A stretch of DNA of 53,148 nt, from positions 1-53,148 of IMG/VR virus record IMGVR_UViG_3300042402_000726; one strand, written 5' to 3'. This document shows, in pieces, positions 1-9,007 of this stretch (its first letter is position 1; each line of letters begins with the position of its first letter). This stretch comes from a virus. Taxonomy: Duplodnaviria; Caudoviricetes. Below the pieces are notes generated by a model. The model was not told where the DNA came from and did no database searches. It was given only the letters and a program-made list of their open reading frames with translations. A program made the translations under genes and the position numbers.

Positions 1-2
1 TG

Positions 3-383
3 CGAGATACACTGCGCGAATTAAAAGAAACTCATTATGATTTGTACTGGGATATACAAGCTGAACTAGACCTAGATGAGCAAGTGCCTGTGGCGTGGAT
101 GTCAACAAAAGGAGAAGGCGGTCTTACGGACGATAGGTATTATGCTAACCACAAAGACTATGTGCCACTCTACCTAGCACCACCAAAACGTGAATCTTTG
201 AGTGATGATGAAATTTTTAACATTGGATACAATGCAGGATTCACTCTTGACCATGTTAAAGATGATGATGGTTCTGTCTACGGCTTTTTAAACGAGTATG
301 GTTACATTGATAATAATTCATATTTTAAGTTTGTCAGGGCAATAGAAAAAGCACACGGTATTGGAGTAGAAAATGAAAATTGA
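3..383 (+). CDS. Hypothetical phage protein, 5'-truncated by the window edge
   Basis: The frame is open from position 3 (RDTLRELKETHYDLYWDIQ...). The stop overlaps the dUTPase start. Confidence 0.7.
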   Translation, partial: RDTLRELKETHYDLYWDIQAELDLDEQVPVAWMSTKGEGGLTDDRYYANHKDYVPLYLAPPKRESLSDDEIFNIGYNAGFTLDHVKDDDGSVYGFLNEYGYIDNNSYFKFVRAIEKAHGIGVENEN

Positions 384-816
384 AATTAAGAAGTTAACAA
401 AGAATGTAGTTATTCCTGCCTATGAAACTTTGGGCAGTGCGGCAGTAGACTTAAGAGCTAACATCACAAAACCGATCAAGCTGGACTTAGGCGAAACTGC
501 ATTAATCCCCACTGGTATCGCCATCAACATCAATGACGACAATGTTGCGGCTGTCATCCTGCCGCGCAGTGGTCTTGGACATAATCACGGGATCAAACTT
601 GGCAACTCTGTTGGCTTGATTGATAGTGACTACACGGGCGAACTGAAAGTGTCTGTAAAGAACACTGGCAGTGGTGTGTACAAGATTAATCCACAGGATC
701 GCATTGCTCAAATGAAGTTTATTCCGATTGTGCGAGCAGAGTTTATTGAAGTGGAGGAGTTCAGCACGGTAACTGAGCGTGGCGAGGGTGGCTTCGGGAG
801 TACAGGTAATGATTAG
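373..816 (+). CDS. dut: Trimeric dUTPase
   Basis: All five motifs are present: GSAAVDL, PRSGLG, GLIDSDYTGE, RIAQ, RGEGGFGSTG. Confidence 0.97.
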   Translation: MKIEIKKLTKNVVIPAYETLGSAAVDLRANITKPIKLDLGETALIPTGIAININDDNVAAVILPRSGLGHNHGIKLGNSVGLIDSDYTGELKVSVKNTGSGVYKINPQDRIAQMKFIPIVRAEFIEVEEFSTVTERGEGGFGSTGND

Positions 817-1021
817 TACAACAGCTTATATTTTAATTATCGCTGTAACTACTCACGGTGAGCTTACACAATCAACAATCGAATTTGCGGATAAGGCTTC
901 GTGTGAAAGCGCGGCAGTTAGACAGGATTTTGCATTTAAAAATTTGCAATTTACAGGTAGATGGAATCTAACCTGTCATCCTTATCAACTCAGCGAGGTG
1001 AAACATGAGCCAAGCAAATAA
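809..1021 (+). CDS. Small hypothetical protein with hydrophobic N-terminus and a Cys pair
   Basis: ATG at 809 overlaps the dut end. MISTTAYILIIAV...FADKASCESAA...LTCHP. Confidence 0.65.
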   Translation: MISTTAYILIIAVTTHGELTQSTIEFADKASCESAAVRQDFAFKNLQFTGRWNLTCHPYQLSEVKHEPSK

Positions 1022-1838
1022 AAAGTATGTGTGCATTTTAAAAGAGATCATAAACGCTGGTGATGTGGTTACAACACGAAACCATGAAGTGTACTCGCAT
1101 GTGAATCTGCCTAATGTAACTTTTACAACAACGCCATTAGTTACATTGCGCAAGACAGCATGGAAAAAAGCATTGCGCGAGATGGAGTGGTTTTTGTCTG
1201 GTAAAGCTACTTGTCCAGATGAGTTGCTAGATTGGTGGGATGGTCAACTGGATGTTGAAAACCTTTTGCTTAATGGTTATGGTCAGCAACTTAGACACAG
1301 CATCTTTTTTAACTCAGAATATTATGAACACGATAATTTTGACCAAGTAAAATTTATCCAAGACGCGCTAAAGAACAATCCAAACAGCCGTCGCCTTTTG
1401 ATGACAACATGGAATGCAGGTGAAATGGCAAATATTACTAAGGCAAACAACAATCCTAACACACCGACGTGTTGCCATAGCATAATCGTGCAATTCTTCG
1501 TGCGTAACGGACGTTTGAGTATGAAGTCATATCAACGTAGCGCAGATATGCTTTTGGGCGTACCGCACAACTGGATACAATCTTGGGCGATGCTCATGTG
1601 GTTTGCACATCATGCAGGTTTAAAAGTAGGATCCATGACATGGATGTGGGGAGATGCGCACGTTTATAATGAGCAGTCCCATATTGATACAGCAGAAACC
1701 ATGATAAGTTTTTACACTGGCATGGATGAAGTAAAAATGGTTTACACGCCAACAAGCGAAGACTTTAAAGCATCAGACTTTACCATTGTCGGTGACATAC
1801 CAGATCCGATTGTTAGCACTCGACCTAAATTGCTTTAA
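1005..1838 (+). CDS. thyA: Thymidylate synthase (ThyA family)
   Basis: REMEWFLSG, YGQQLR, NPNSRR, catalytic CH (TCCH), YQRSAD, dUMP-specifying Asn (GVPHN), GDAHVY. Confidence 0.88.
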   Translation: MSQANKKYVCILKEIINAGDVVTTRNHEVYSHVNLPNVTFTTTPLVTLRKTAWKKALREMEWFLSGKATCPDELLDWWDGQLDVENLLLNGYGQQLRHSIFFNSEYYEHDNFDQVKFIQDALKNNPNSRRLLMTTWNAGEMANITKANNNPNTPTCCHSIIVQFFVRNGRLSMKSYQRSADMLLGVPHNWIQSWAMLMWFAHHAGLKVGSMTWMWGDAHVYNEQSHIDTAETMISFYTGMDEVKMVYTPTSEDFKASDFTIVGDIPDPIVSTRPKLL

Positions 1839-2062
1839 TGGCTAACAGTAGACTTTGCGAGATCTGTCATTTAGAAAAACCGGTGTTACTTTTTGCACGC
1901 GGTAGCGGTATTTGCAAAGTCTGCAATATATCGATTGGCGTGCAAGAAACAAATATGCGTAAAAAACGTGTATCAACATCAAAGATAAACAACAAAATGT
2001 GCAAAAAGTTTTTACAACAACACACAATCATGCCGAAAGGTTGGGAGATGACACTATTATGA
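1838..2062 (+). CDS. Small Cys-rich (CxxC...CxxC) hypothetical protein
   Basis: TAATG coupling to thyA. CEIC and CKVC motifs. C-terminal motif shared with 51731..52303. Confidence 0.7.
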   Translation: MANSRLCEICHLEKPVLLFARGSGICKVCNISIGVQETNMRKKRVSTSKINNKMCKKFLQQHTIMPKGWEMTLL

Positions 2063-2319
2063 TGACACAAAAATTATATGAATACACAGGCGACTCAGTT
2101 CATACATCAACAGTAGAAACGGTGCATGGCCCAAAGCACTACCAAGGCGACGAATGCATTTTGGCAATGGAAAAAATGCTAGGACATGACGAGTTTCGCG
2201 GATTTTTACGCGGAAACATTTTTAAGTACATGTGGCGATACAAAGATAAAAATGGCATTGAGGATCTGCGCAAAGCCAATTGGTATCTAGATCGTTTGAT
2301 TAAGTTTGAGAATTTTTAA
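2059..2319 (+). CDS. DUF3310 (SaV-like / T7 gp1.7-like) protein
   Basis: VHGPKHYQG.ECI...GFLRGNIFKYMWRYKDKNGIEDLRKANWYLDRLI matches the family signature. ATGA overlap with the upstream gene. Confidence 0.88.
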   Translation: MMTQKLYEYTGDSVHTSTVETVHGPKHYQGDECILAMEKMLGHDEFRGFLRGNIFKYMWRYKDKNGIEDLRKANWYLDRLIKFENF

Positions 2320-2477
2320 TGAATGAATGGATAGCAAAAGATCATCCAGAAACCAGCATATTGACGCTTAACAAGGAGCAATGCGCTAGATACATGGATT
2401 TGTTAAAATGGCTTGATGACAATCCAATGGAGCCAATTAGCGTAAGCAATTTGGTATTAAGCAGGCGAGAGAGATGA
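2319..2477 (+). CDS. 52-aa hypothetical protein (not in the ORF track)
   Basis: MNEWIAKDHPETSIL...RRER. TAATG and ATGA overlaps with both neighbours. Confidence 0.6.
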   Translation: MNEWIAKDHPETSILTLNKEQCARYMDLLKWLDDNPMEPISVSNLVLSRRER

Positions 2478-2611
2478 AACCAAAAATTAAAAAGGTAGGC
2501 AATTATTGGTTTTGCTATACCGATTTTTCAAGAGTTGCTTCTGGCATTACACCAAAGGCAGCCTATAACAAATGGATGGAATTAAATGACAATCAAAGAA
2601 TGGTTTATTGA
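2474..2611 (+). CDS. 45-aa hypothetical protein (not in the ORF track)
   Basis: MKPKIKKVGNYWFCY...GITPKAAYNKW. ATGA overlap. Confidence 0.6.
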   Translation: MKPKIKKVGNYWFCYTDFSRVASGITPKAAYNKWMELNDNQRMVY

Positions 2612-2723
2612 TTTATGGGAAGGCATCAGAATTGTCTTGTGGTTTTTCTGTGTGCTAACTTTTATAGGATTTATGGTTAGATTATCTTATGAAATAGCCA
2701 AGTTTGGCTGGAACCTGTTTTGA
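2586..2723 (+). CDS. 45-aa putative membrane peptide (not in the ORF track)
   Basis: MTIKEWFIDLWEGIRIVLWFFCVLTFIGFMVRLSY... with one hydrophobic stretch. Last + strand gene before the convergence point. Confidence 0.5.
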   Translation: MTIKEWFIDLWEGIRIVLWFFCVLTFIGFMVRLSYEIAKFGWNLF

Positions 2724-2744
2724 TTCCAGCCATGATGGGAGTGA

Positions 2745-4769
2745 CTACTCATTTGCTCCCATTTTACTACCAGGAATGTTTTTATTTTTTCTAGCTTCTA
2801 ATGCATCATAAATTGATGGACGTGTCGGCTGTTCAGATTCAGTAGAGTTTCTTTTTTCTAACGCATCATAAATTGACGGACGTGCGCTACTTTCATAAGT
2901 AGGTGGTGAATATTGAGCAGCACCAATACCGCCCACACCTGCTAACTCTGCTCTATTTAACGCTTTTGCGCTAATCTTTGCTTTTGCATTATAATTTTCT
3001 AACGCTTTAACAGCGGCTGCCACTTCATGAGGATCTTTTGACATTAAAAGTTCTGATACTTTGTGAGCTACTTTATCTGGCATTTGCGCACTTCTTATAG
3101 CTCCTAAACCTAAATTCATAAGTGATTCACCAAATCCACTTCTAGCTGCATCTGCAATAACACCACCAACGTCCGGTCCTTGCTCGAAACGTTCACGAGC
3201 TTGCGTTCTACGTCCAGTTTGAGATCCTCCCATGATTCGGTTAGCTTGATCATAAAGTTGAGCTTCGCGCGTCATAGCAGACTTAAACAAATCAAATTGA
3301 GCAGGACTATCAAATAATACGCTTAAACTTTTTTGCGTTTCTGGTGATTGAATAATTTTTGCCGCAGCGTTCATATTATTACTTGGATCCATAATAACAC
3401 TATGGATGTTACGAACTACACCAGTTTTAAAGGCTTCTTTTTCTGCGCTACTCATTTTATTGACCATGTTTTCAACTTCTTCATGATCTAAATGTGGAAA
3501 ATCTTTGTAACCTGCCTCCATAGCATTAATAACTTCTTTGTCACCTGCATATTCACGTCTGGCTGTTTTATATGCAGGAACTGCGTCGTCAAGTTTATTT
3601 AAAAGAACTTCGCGCATGTCTTTTAAATTATAAGCATCTGTACTTTTACCTGCTTTAAACAACGAGTTTATTTGAGCGTCAATACCTTTTTTAATGTAAT
3701 CAAGCGTTCTAACATCTGGCAAAGTGCTGACTACAGCTTCACCAGTTACTGGATCCGTAGAGTAAATATTACGCAACTCATATTGAGATGGATCTTCACC
3801 ATTAGCTCTGGCAACCAATTGTTTATCTTTTGCTATCTGTTGACCTTTTCTGAAAAACGATTGAAATCTAGGTGATACTAATAATTCATTAATAAATGGA
3901 TCATCAACTTCACCATGAGCGTAAGCCGTATTATAAAGAGGTTGCGCTTTAGCACTTAAATCTTCCGCTAATTTTTTCGCATCTTCATAATAATTTCCAT
4001 CAGAAATCTCATTACGCGCACGTTGATACACACGTTCACGCGCACCGGCTTTTTGCTCACCTAATACTCTGTCAACTAATCGTCCGCTCGGTCCGCTACG
4101 CTGTGCAACAGTATCAGCAAGGTCAACTAACGCTGGAGATGCATTAGCAATAGTAGAAGGAATTCCACGAGCTTGATCATACATAACTGTACGATTTATA
4201 TTGCTCGGTGTTAATTCATCTTCCTTAATGGCGTTCGCCACTTTACCTAAGGCTTGGTTTTCAATAAATGATTCTGTAGGCGCAAGTCGCTCTCTAAGCC
4301 AGTTAATACCTGCACCCGTACCTCTCATCAATGCAGGAACAGCCGCTCCAAGCGTAGCACCAGAAGCCGCACCGTATTGCGCACCCATTGATCTCTCACC
4401 TTCTTTTGCATTACCAGCACCGGCTATTGCACCTTGAACTGCTCCCAATCCCATACCGCGTTTGTACGCACCTTCGGTTGCTGATCCTAATATTTTTGGC
4501 AACGACACTTCTGGAGCAAATACAGCAGGAAGCGCACCACCAGCAAACTCTAGTGCAGTTGATGTGTTTGGATTTTCCGCTGAATATTTACCGTATTCAC
4601 TTTGAATCTGTTTAAGTTCGGGTTCATATTCATCATTTTTGAGTTTTGATCTGAGCCATGCTTCGGCTTCATCACCCCAACCCATCATCAAACCTTGTCC
4701 GATAGCAGCACGAGCAGGACCTAATTTTTTATAATCGTTGTTATAAACTAAATCAGATAAAGTAGCCAT
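2745..4769 (-). CDS. Putative internal virion / DNA-ejection protein
   Basis: Large helical Ala/Gly-rich protein at the end of the late operon. N-terminal GLMMGWGDEAEA plus glycine-zipper segments typical of podophage ejection proteins. Confidence 0.7.
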   Translation of the reverse strand: MATLSDLVYNNDYKKLGPARAAIGQGLMMGWGDEAEAWLRSKLKNDEYEPELKQIQSEYGKYSAENPNTSTALEFAGGALPAVFAPEVSLPKILGSATEGAYKRGMGLGAVQGAIAGAGNAKEGERSMGAQYGAASGATLGAAVPALMRGTGAGINWLRERLAPTESFIENQALGKVANAIKEDELTPSNINRTVMYDQARGIPSTIANASPALVDLADTVAQRSGPSGRLVDRVLGEQKAGARERVYQRARNEISDGNYYEDAKKLAEDLSAKAQPLYNTAYAHGEVDDPFINELLVSPRFQSFFRKGQQIAKDKQLVARANGEDPSQYELRNIYSTDPVTGEAVVSTLPDVRTLDYIKKGIDAQINSLFKAGKSTDAYNLKDMREVLLNKLDDAVPAYKTARREYAGDKEVINAMEAGYKDFPHLDHEEVENMVNKMSSAEKEAFKTGVVRNIHSVIMDPSNNMNAAAKIIQSPETQKSLSVLFDSPAQFDLFKSAMTREAQLYDQANRIMGGSQTGRRTQARERFEQGPDVGGVIADAARSGFGESLMNLGLGAIRSAQMPDKVAHKVSELLMSKDPHEVAAAVKALENYNAKAKISAKALNRAELAGVGGIGAAQYSPPTYESSARPSIYDALEKRNSTESEQPTRPSIYDALEARKNKNIPGSKMGANE

Positions 4770-7579
4770 TATTGTGCATCCTCTTTACTTGGCAAATCAC
4801 GAGATTTTCCTTCGCTAAGTTGATTTAACCTTCTTTTTTCAAGTGCAATTCGTTTTTGAAGTTGTTCCATGTAGTTCAACATAATGTCTTTACGAACTTC
4901 TTTACTTTTTGCTAACGCGCCAGACAGTTGAGCTTGTGCTGCGCGTTCACCTTCTGTTGGATTGCTTCCGAACACATCTTTCATTCTCGATAAACTTTCT
5001 GTACTTAATAAATTTACCAATTTTCCAGTGTTAACAACAGTTGGATCTTCTGGCGAGAACGTTTCACCGTATTTCTGTTTAGCTATGTCAAACACATTAC
5101 CGGTGTACGCTACATCATTCAAATCATACGCTTGCTCAATCATTTTTTGAGCATTTTGTAAATTATTTAGCGTGTCTTCTTTTTCCCATAGAACTTTTCT
5201 GTCATTAGGTGTTAGCTTTTCACCTTCTTTTTGTTTATCTAAATATTTTTGATGTTCAAGATCATATCTTTCTCTAGCAACATCTAGTTGACCACCAGAA
5301 ATACCCGCTTGAATACTAGAGGTATTAGCATTTTGAGCAGCAATAGAAGGTGCCATGAGCAGTTGATTAACTTTAGCTTGCAACAACGGTATTCCATACT
5401 CACTAACAAACTTTTGAAACTCTGGTGTTCCTACTTTATAACCGCGATCAATTGCAACTTTACCGGCTTCTGACTGCGCCTTGGGTATCTCAGCTTTAAT
5501 CATTTCAGAAATAATAGCACGCTTATCTTTCATGCTTTCGCCAGCAAGACCACGAAGCGTGTTCAAATCCTCTTTCGCATTAGCCGCTTTTAATTGTTGC
5601 GCTTTCATTTGAAGTTCAAGATCAGAATTTCTGCGACCAGTTTTCTCTTTAGAGTAATCCGCCATTTCTCGGTTAATATTGCTAAGTGACTCAGTGAAAC
5701 CACCTGTTTTTGTAGGCGCACCAGCCGCAGCCGCAAGACGGAAAAACAACTCTGCTTGACTTAGATTGTCGTTTTCTGGCTGTCTTGCCTTTTTAAACAT
5801 CTCCATGAACGCTTCAGTTTCAGCGTTTGATTTTCTGCGTGCTTCTTCAAGCTCTTGTGCATAGTCATTTGTTGGCGTGCCGTAGGCTTGCAACATTTCT
5901 TGCATTTTTGCCATGTTGTCGCTTGGTGGTGCTTGCACTGCAATTGGTGCAACAGGTGCTTCTACTGGCTGTGGAATGCCTTGCTCTGGATTAGGCATTG
6001 CGCTGTTAGCAATATCAACATCTCCACCCACCGCATATTTTCTCGCCATGTCATGTACTGAGCCGCCTTTGGCATAATAATAAGTATTGTAATCATCTTC
6101 ACTGTCAAATCCTTGTGTAAGCCAAGCAGGTTTAGAGGCTTGTTGCGTTACACTTGGTTGTGAAACCAGTGACGTTGTAGTTTTATCTACTGGCGTAGTG
6201 TTAGATATTTGTTGTGTTCCTGTATTTGTTACACCATTCTTAACAGCTAAGTCTGTTAATGTGGGTGTAGTTTCCATGAAGAACTTTCGCTTATATGAAG
6301 GCACACCATTTGCATCAACTCCTTGAAATACGCCTGGTGTTGCTCCTGGAGCAACAATATGAGGTGGTTCTACGGCTGGAATTGTTAATCGATTATTTAA
6401 AGCATCTCTAGTTGCTTGATCTATATCCGATGATTGATACGATGTTGTTGAATCTACAGTAAAAGGCTTAGTAATTACATCATTTTTAACAGCTAAGTCT
6501 GTTAATGTAGGTGTTGTGTTTGTTACGACGGGTGCTACAGATTGGTTATTCGCATTTATAAAACTATTCATTGCGGCAGTATCTGTGTAATCACCTTGAT
6601 ACCCTGCATTAACTGCTTTATCTTCTAACTGCTGTTGACTGCTAGGTGCATATGTGTAAGTTACGCTTGTATCTTTAGTATCATTTCTATGATCATACTC
6701 ATACTGAGATGCATAACCAAGTTTTTGCCATTCTGGTCTTGTATCTTTAGTATCAACCGGAACTTTAGTATCAACCGGAACTTGAGTTAAACCATCATTA
6801 CTATTTTTAGCATCTAAATCTTCCAGTTCAGATCCATATCCTTGTTGTTGCCATGTTGGAAGCGTTGCTTCATAACTGGCTTGATCTTTGAATCCTTTTT
6901 GTTTATAGAGTGGCGTATAAGGCGTGTAAGCACCTGTATAGGTTGGATCACCAATAACATCGTTCCAATACGTTCCTGTCTTATTGTAGTTATCAATGCT
7001 ACCGTAAGGATTATACATTCCTTCATAAGGATTTGCATTAGACGCACGAGTGAATTGCTGTTGCAAATACATAGGTGTTTGCGCAATACGATCTTGGTAT
7101 GCGGTTTTGTATTGGTTATAAATATCACCTTTGTTTGCGTCAAAATCTGCTTTATTATTTAAATACGTTTTATAATCTCCTAACGCTGTTTGATACTTAT
7201 TTTGTTTATATGCATAAGAATCTTTATTTTTAATATCCCCACTTACATAGGTGTCATAAGTTTTTTTCGTTGCATCATAAGCATTTTTTTGAGCAGTATA
7301 ATCAGCCAACGATGTTTGATATTCTGCCCATGACTTTTGTGCCGCATCTAAATCAGATTGTGTTTGACCTTTTGCTAATTTTGTTGGTTTAGCTTTAGTG
7401 CCAGAAGTTAAACCATAATCAGTAACTATTGGTGCTTTTAATGTAAAATCATCCGGTGCAACAGGTTTATCTGGTGCTGTAGGCTCATTGACTACCGTAC
7501 CTTTAAATTGCGCAGGCAACGCCATCGACGCAGAAGTTACCCCGTATTGCTTCATCAATTTTGATAATTCGCTTGGCAT
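4769..7579 (-). CDS. Putative internal virion / ejection protein with low-complexity N-terminal half
   Basis: Position in the ejection cluster, helical C-terminal half, two YAxGGxV motifs, internal repeats. Confidence 0.65.
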   Translation of the reverse strand: MPSELSKLMKQYGVTSASMALPAQFKGTVVNEPTAPDKPVAPDDFTLKAPIVTDYGLTSGTKAKPTKLAKGQTQSDLDAAQKSWAEYQTSLADYTAQKNAYDATKKTYDTYVSGDIKNKDSYAYKQNKYQTALGDYKTYLNNKADFDANKGDIYNQYKTAYQDRIAQTPMYLQQQFTRASNANPYEGMYNPYGSIDNYNKTGTYWNDVIGDPTYTGAYTPYTPLYKQKGFKDQASYEATLPTWQQQGYGSELEDLDAKNSNDGLTQVPVDTKVPVDTKDTRPEWQKLGYASQYEYDHRNDTKDTSVTYTYAPSSQQQLEDKAVNAGYQGDYTDTAAMNSFINANNQSVAPVVTNTTPTLTDLAVKNDVITKPFTVDSTTSYQSSDIDQATRDALNNRLTIPAVEPPHIVAPGATPGVFQGVDANGVPSYKRKFFMETTPTLTDLAVKNGVTNTGTQQISNTTPVDKTTTSLVSQPSVTQQASKPAWLTQGFDSEDDYNTYYYAKGGSVHDMARKYAVGGDVDIANSAMPNPEQGIPQPVEAPVAPIAVQAPPSDNMAKMQEMLQAYGTPTNDYAQELEEARRKSNAETEAFMEMFKKARQPENDNLSQAELFFRLAAAAGAPTKTGGFTESLSNINREMADYSKEKTGRRNSDLELQMKAQQLKAANAKEDLNTLRGLAGESMKDKRAIISEMIKAEIPKAQSEAGKVAIDRGYKVGTPEFQKFVSEYGIPLLQAKVNQLLMAPSIAAQNANTSSIQAGISGGQLDVARERYDLEHQKYLDKQKEGEKLTPNDRKVLWEKEDTLNNLQNAQKMIEQAYDLNDVAYTGNVFDIAKQKYGETFSPEDPTVVNTGKLVNLLSTESLSRMKDVFGSNPTEGERAAQAQLSGALAKSKEVRKDIMLNYMEQLQKRIALEKRRLNQLSEGKSRDLPSKEDAQ

Positions 7580-7588
7580 ATCTGTTCC

Positions 7589-9007
7589 TTATATAGATTG
7601 AGCTACTTTGTATGCACCAGCACCAGTACCGGCAACAGTCGCTAATTGCATCAATGGTGACGCATTGTATGTTCCACCCACCGTCGTTTGACTTCCAGTT
7701 TGACTTGTAGGCGTAATCGGAGCTAAACCACGCACTTGCGTACTGAGCCAATCCATTTGCTGTTTTGGATAATTAAGTGCCGTATTGTATTGGGTTTGCG
7801 CAGCATTAAGCTGTGACTGCATTTGACCTTGTTGCGCTTGACCAGCCGCTTCAAGTGCCGCAGTGTCAGCAGTTTGCATTTGCTGTTGTTTACCTAGTAA
7901 TGTTGCATAATCATTTAAAGCACCTTGTTGACGACTCAAATCTTGCGCCTCTGCGGTTTGCATATTTTGCGCAGCACCCAATCCAAATTGCTGTTGTTGC
8001 TGACCAGCCGCTGCCTGTTGATTAGCAATCGTTGCTAAGTTTTGCTGTTGTGCTGCGGTTAGTTGGCCTTGTGCTTGACCAAGGTTGATGTAATTTTGTT
8101 GCTCTGCACTAGCTAATTGACCTTGCGTTTGACCGATATTTTGATAGGCTTGTGCTTGCGTTGCTGCTAATTGACCAGCAGTTTGTGCAAGTTGCCCTTG
8201 TCGCGTTAAATCTGCTTGATTTGCACCCAATGCTTGTGTGTAACCTTGATTTGCTAACTGCGCTTGTTGTTGTTGCAAAGTTTGATTAGCATCCCGAACA
8301 GCGCGGCTACCAAATTCGCCCATACGAGAACTGCCAAATTGACCGGCTTTTGTAAACGAGTCAGAAACTTGAGGTAAAATGTTTTCTCTCAAATTACGAC
8401 CAGATTGCTGCGCCATTACATCCATAACATTAGTTTGATATGGATTCATGTAATTTGAAACGTCAGTGTATGCGTTTTTGCTTGCTGATGTTAAATAAGG
8501 ATTAGCATTTGTTGTAATGTCAGCAGCAGACGTTCCCGAATTTGTCAATGAAGTCATAGCGTTTGCGGTAGGCGAATACGATTCCGCAGAACTAAAATTA
8601 GTCGCTGCGTTAGTTAACGGACTAAGTCCAGCCGCTGTTTCCCAATTTGTTTCTGCATTATCTAAGCCAGTTTTGACTCTTGCTGAATCTAAATAATCTT
8701 GTTGGTTTAATCCTAAATTTGTTGCAGTTTCTGATGTAGACAAACCCGACATTGTATTTTGAGTGTCTAACAGTGGCTGGCTATAGAAACCTTGATTATC
8801 TTGTACCTTTTGATATGCCTGTTGTTGCAAAGGCGAAAGCTCTGCAACCGTTGGCAATTCATACGCTTGATATGGCGTATTGGCAATATTTTGCGCCCAT
8901 TGCACTTGGTTATAGATAGCATCCTGCATCCATTGAGGTGTTAAGTTTGTGCTTAACGTAGTTCCTTGTTTTGAGGTTTGAGGTGTTCCCTCGAAAATAC
9001 TTCCCAT
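7589..9007 (-). CDS. Putative DNA-transfer (pilot/ejection) protein, Gln/Ala/Gly-rich
   Basis: VAELSPLQQQA, YMNPYQTNV, AGQFGSSR and C-terminal SPLMQLATVAG, a pattern typical of P22-like ejection proteins. Confidence 0.72.
   Translation of the reverse strand: MGSIFEGTPQTSKQGTTLSTNLTPQWMQDAIYNQVQWAQNIANTPYQAYELPTVAELSPLQQQAYQKVQDNQGFYSQPLLDTQNTMSGLSTSETATNLGLNQQDYLDSARVKTGLDNAETNWETAAGLSPLTNAATNFSSAESYSPTANAMTSLTNSGTSAADITTNANPYLTSASKNAYTDVSNYMNPYQTNVMDVMAQQSGRNLRENILPQVSDSFTKAGQFGSSRMGEFGSRAVRDANQTLQQQQAQLANQGYTQALGANQADLTRQGQLAQTAGQLAATQAQAYQNIGQTQGQLASAEQQNYINLGQAQGQLTAAQQQNLATIANQQAAAGQQQQQFGLGAAQNMQTAEAQDLSRQQGALNDYATLLGKQQQMQTADTAALEAAGQAQQGQMQSQLNAAQTQYNTALNYPKQQMDWLSTQVRGLAPITPTSQTGSQTTVGGTYNASPLMQLATVAGTGAGAYKVAQSI

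Noticed and set aside
1005-1838. dCMP hydroxymethylase / hypermodified-base pathway
   Set aside because: The specificity residue is Asn, not Asp. No glycosyltransferase, kinase cluster or phage DNA polymerase is visible.
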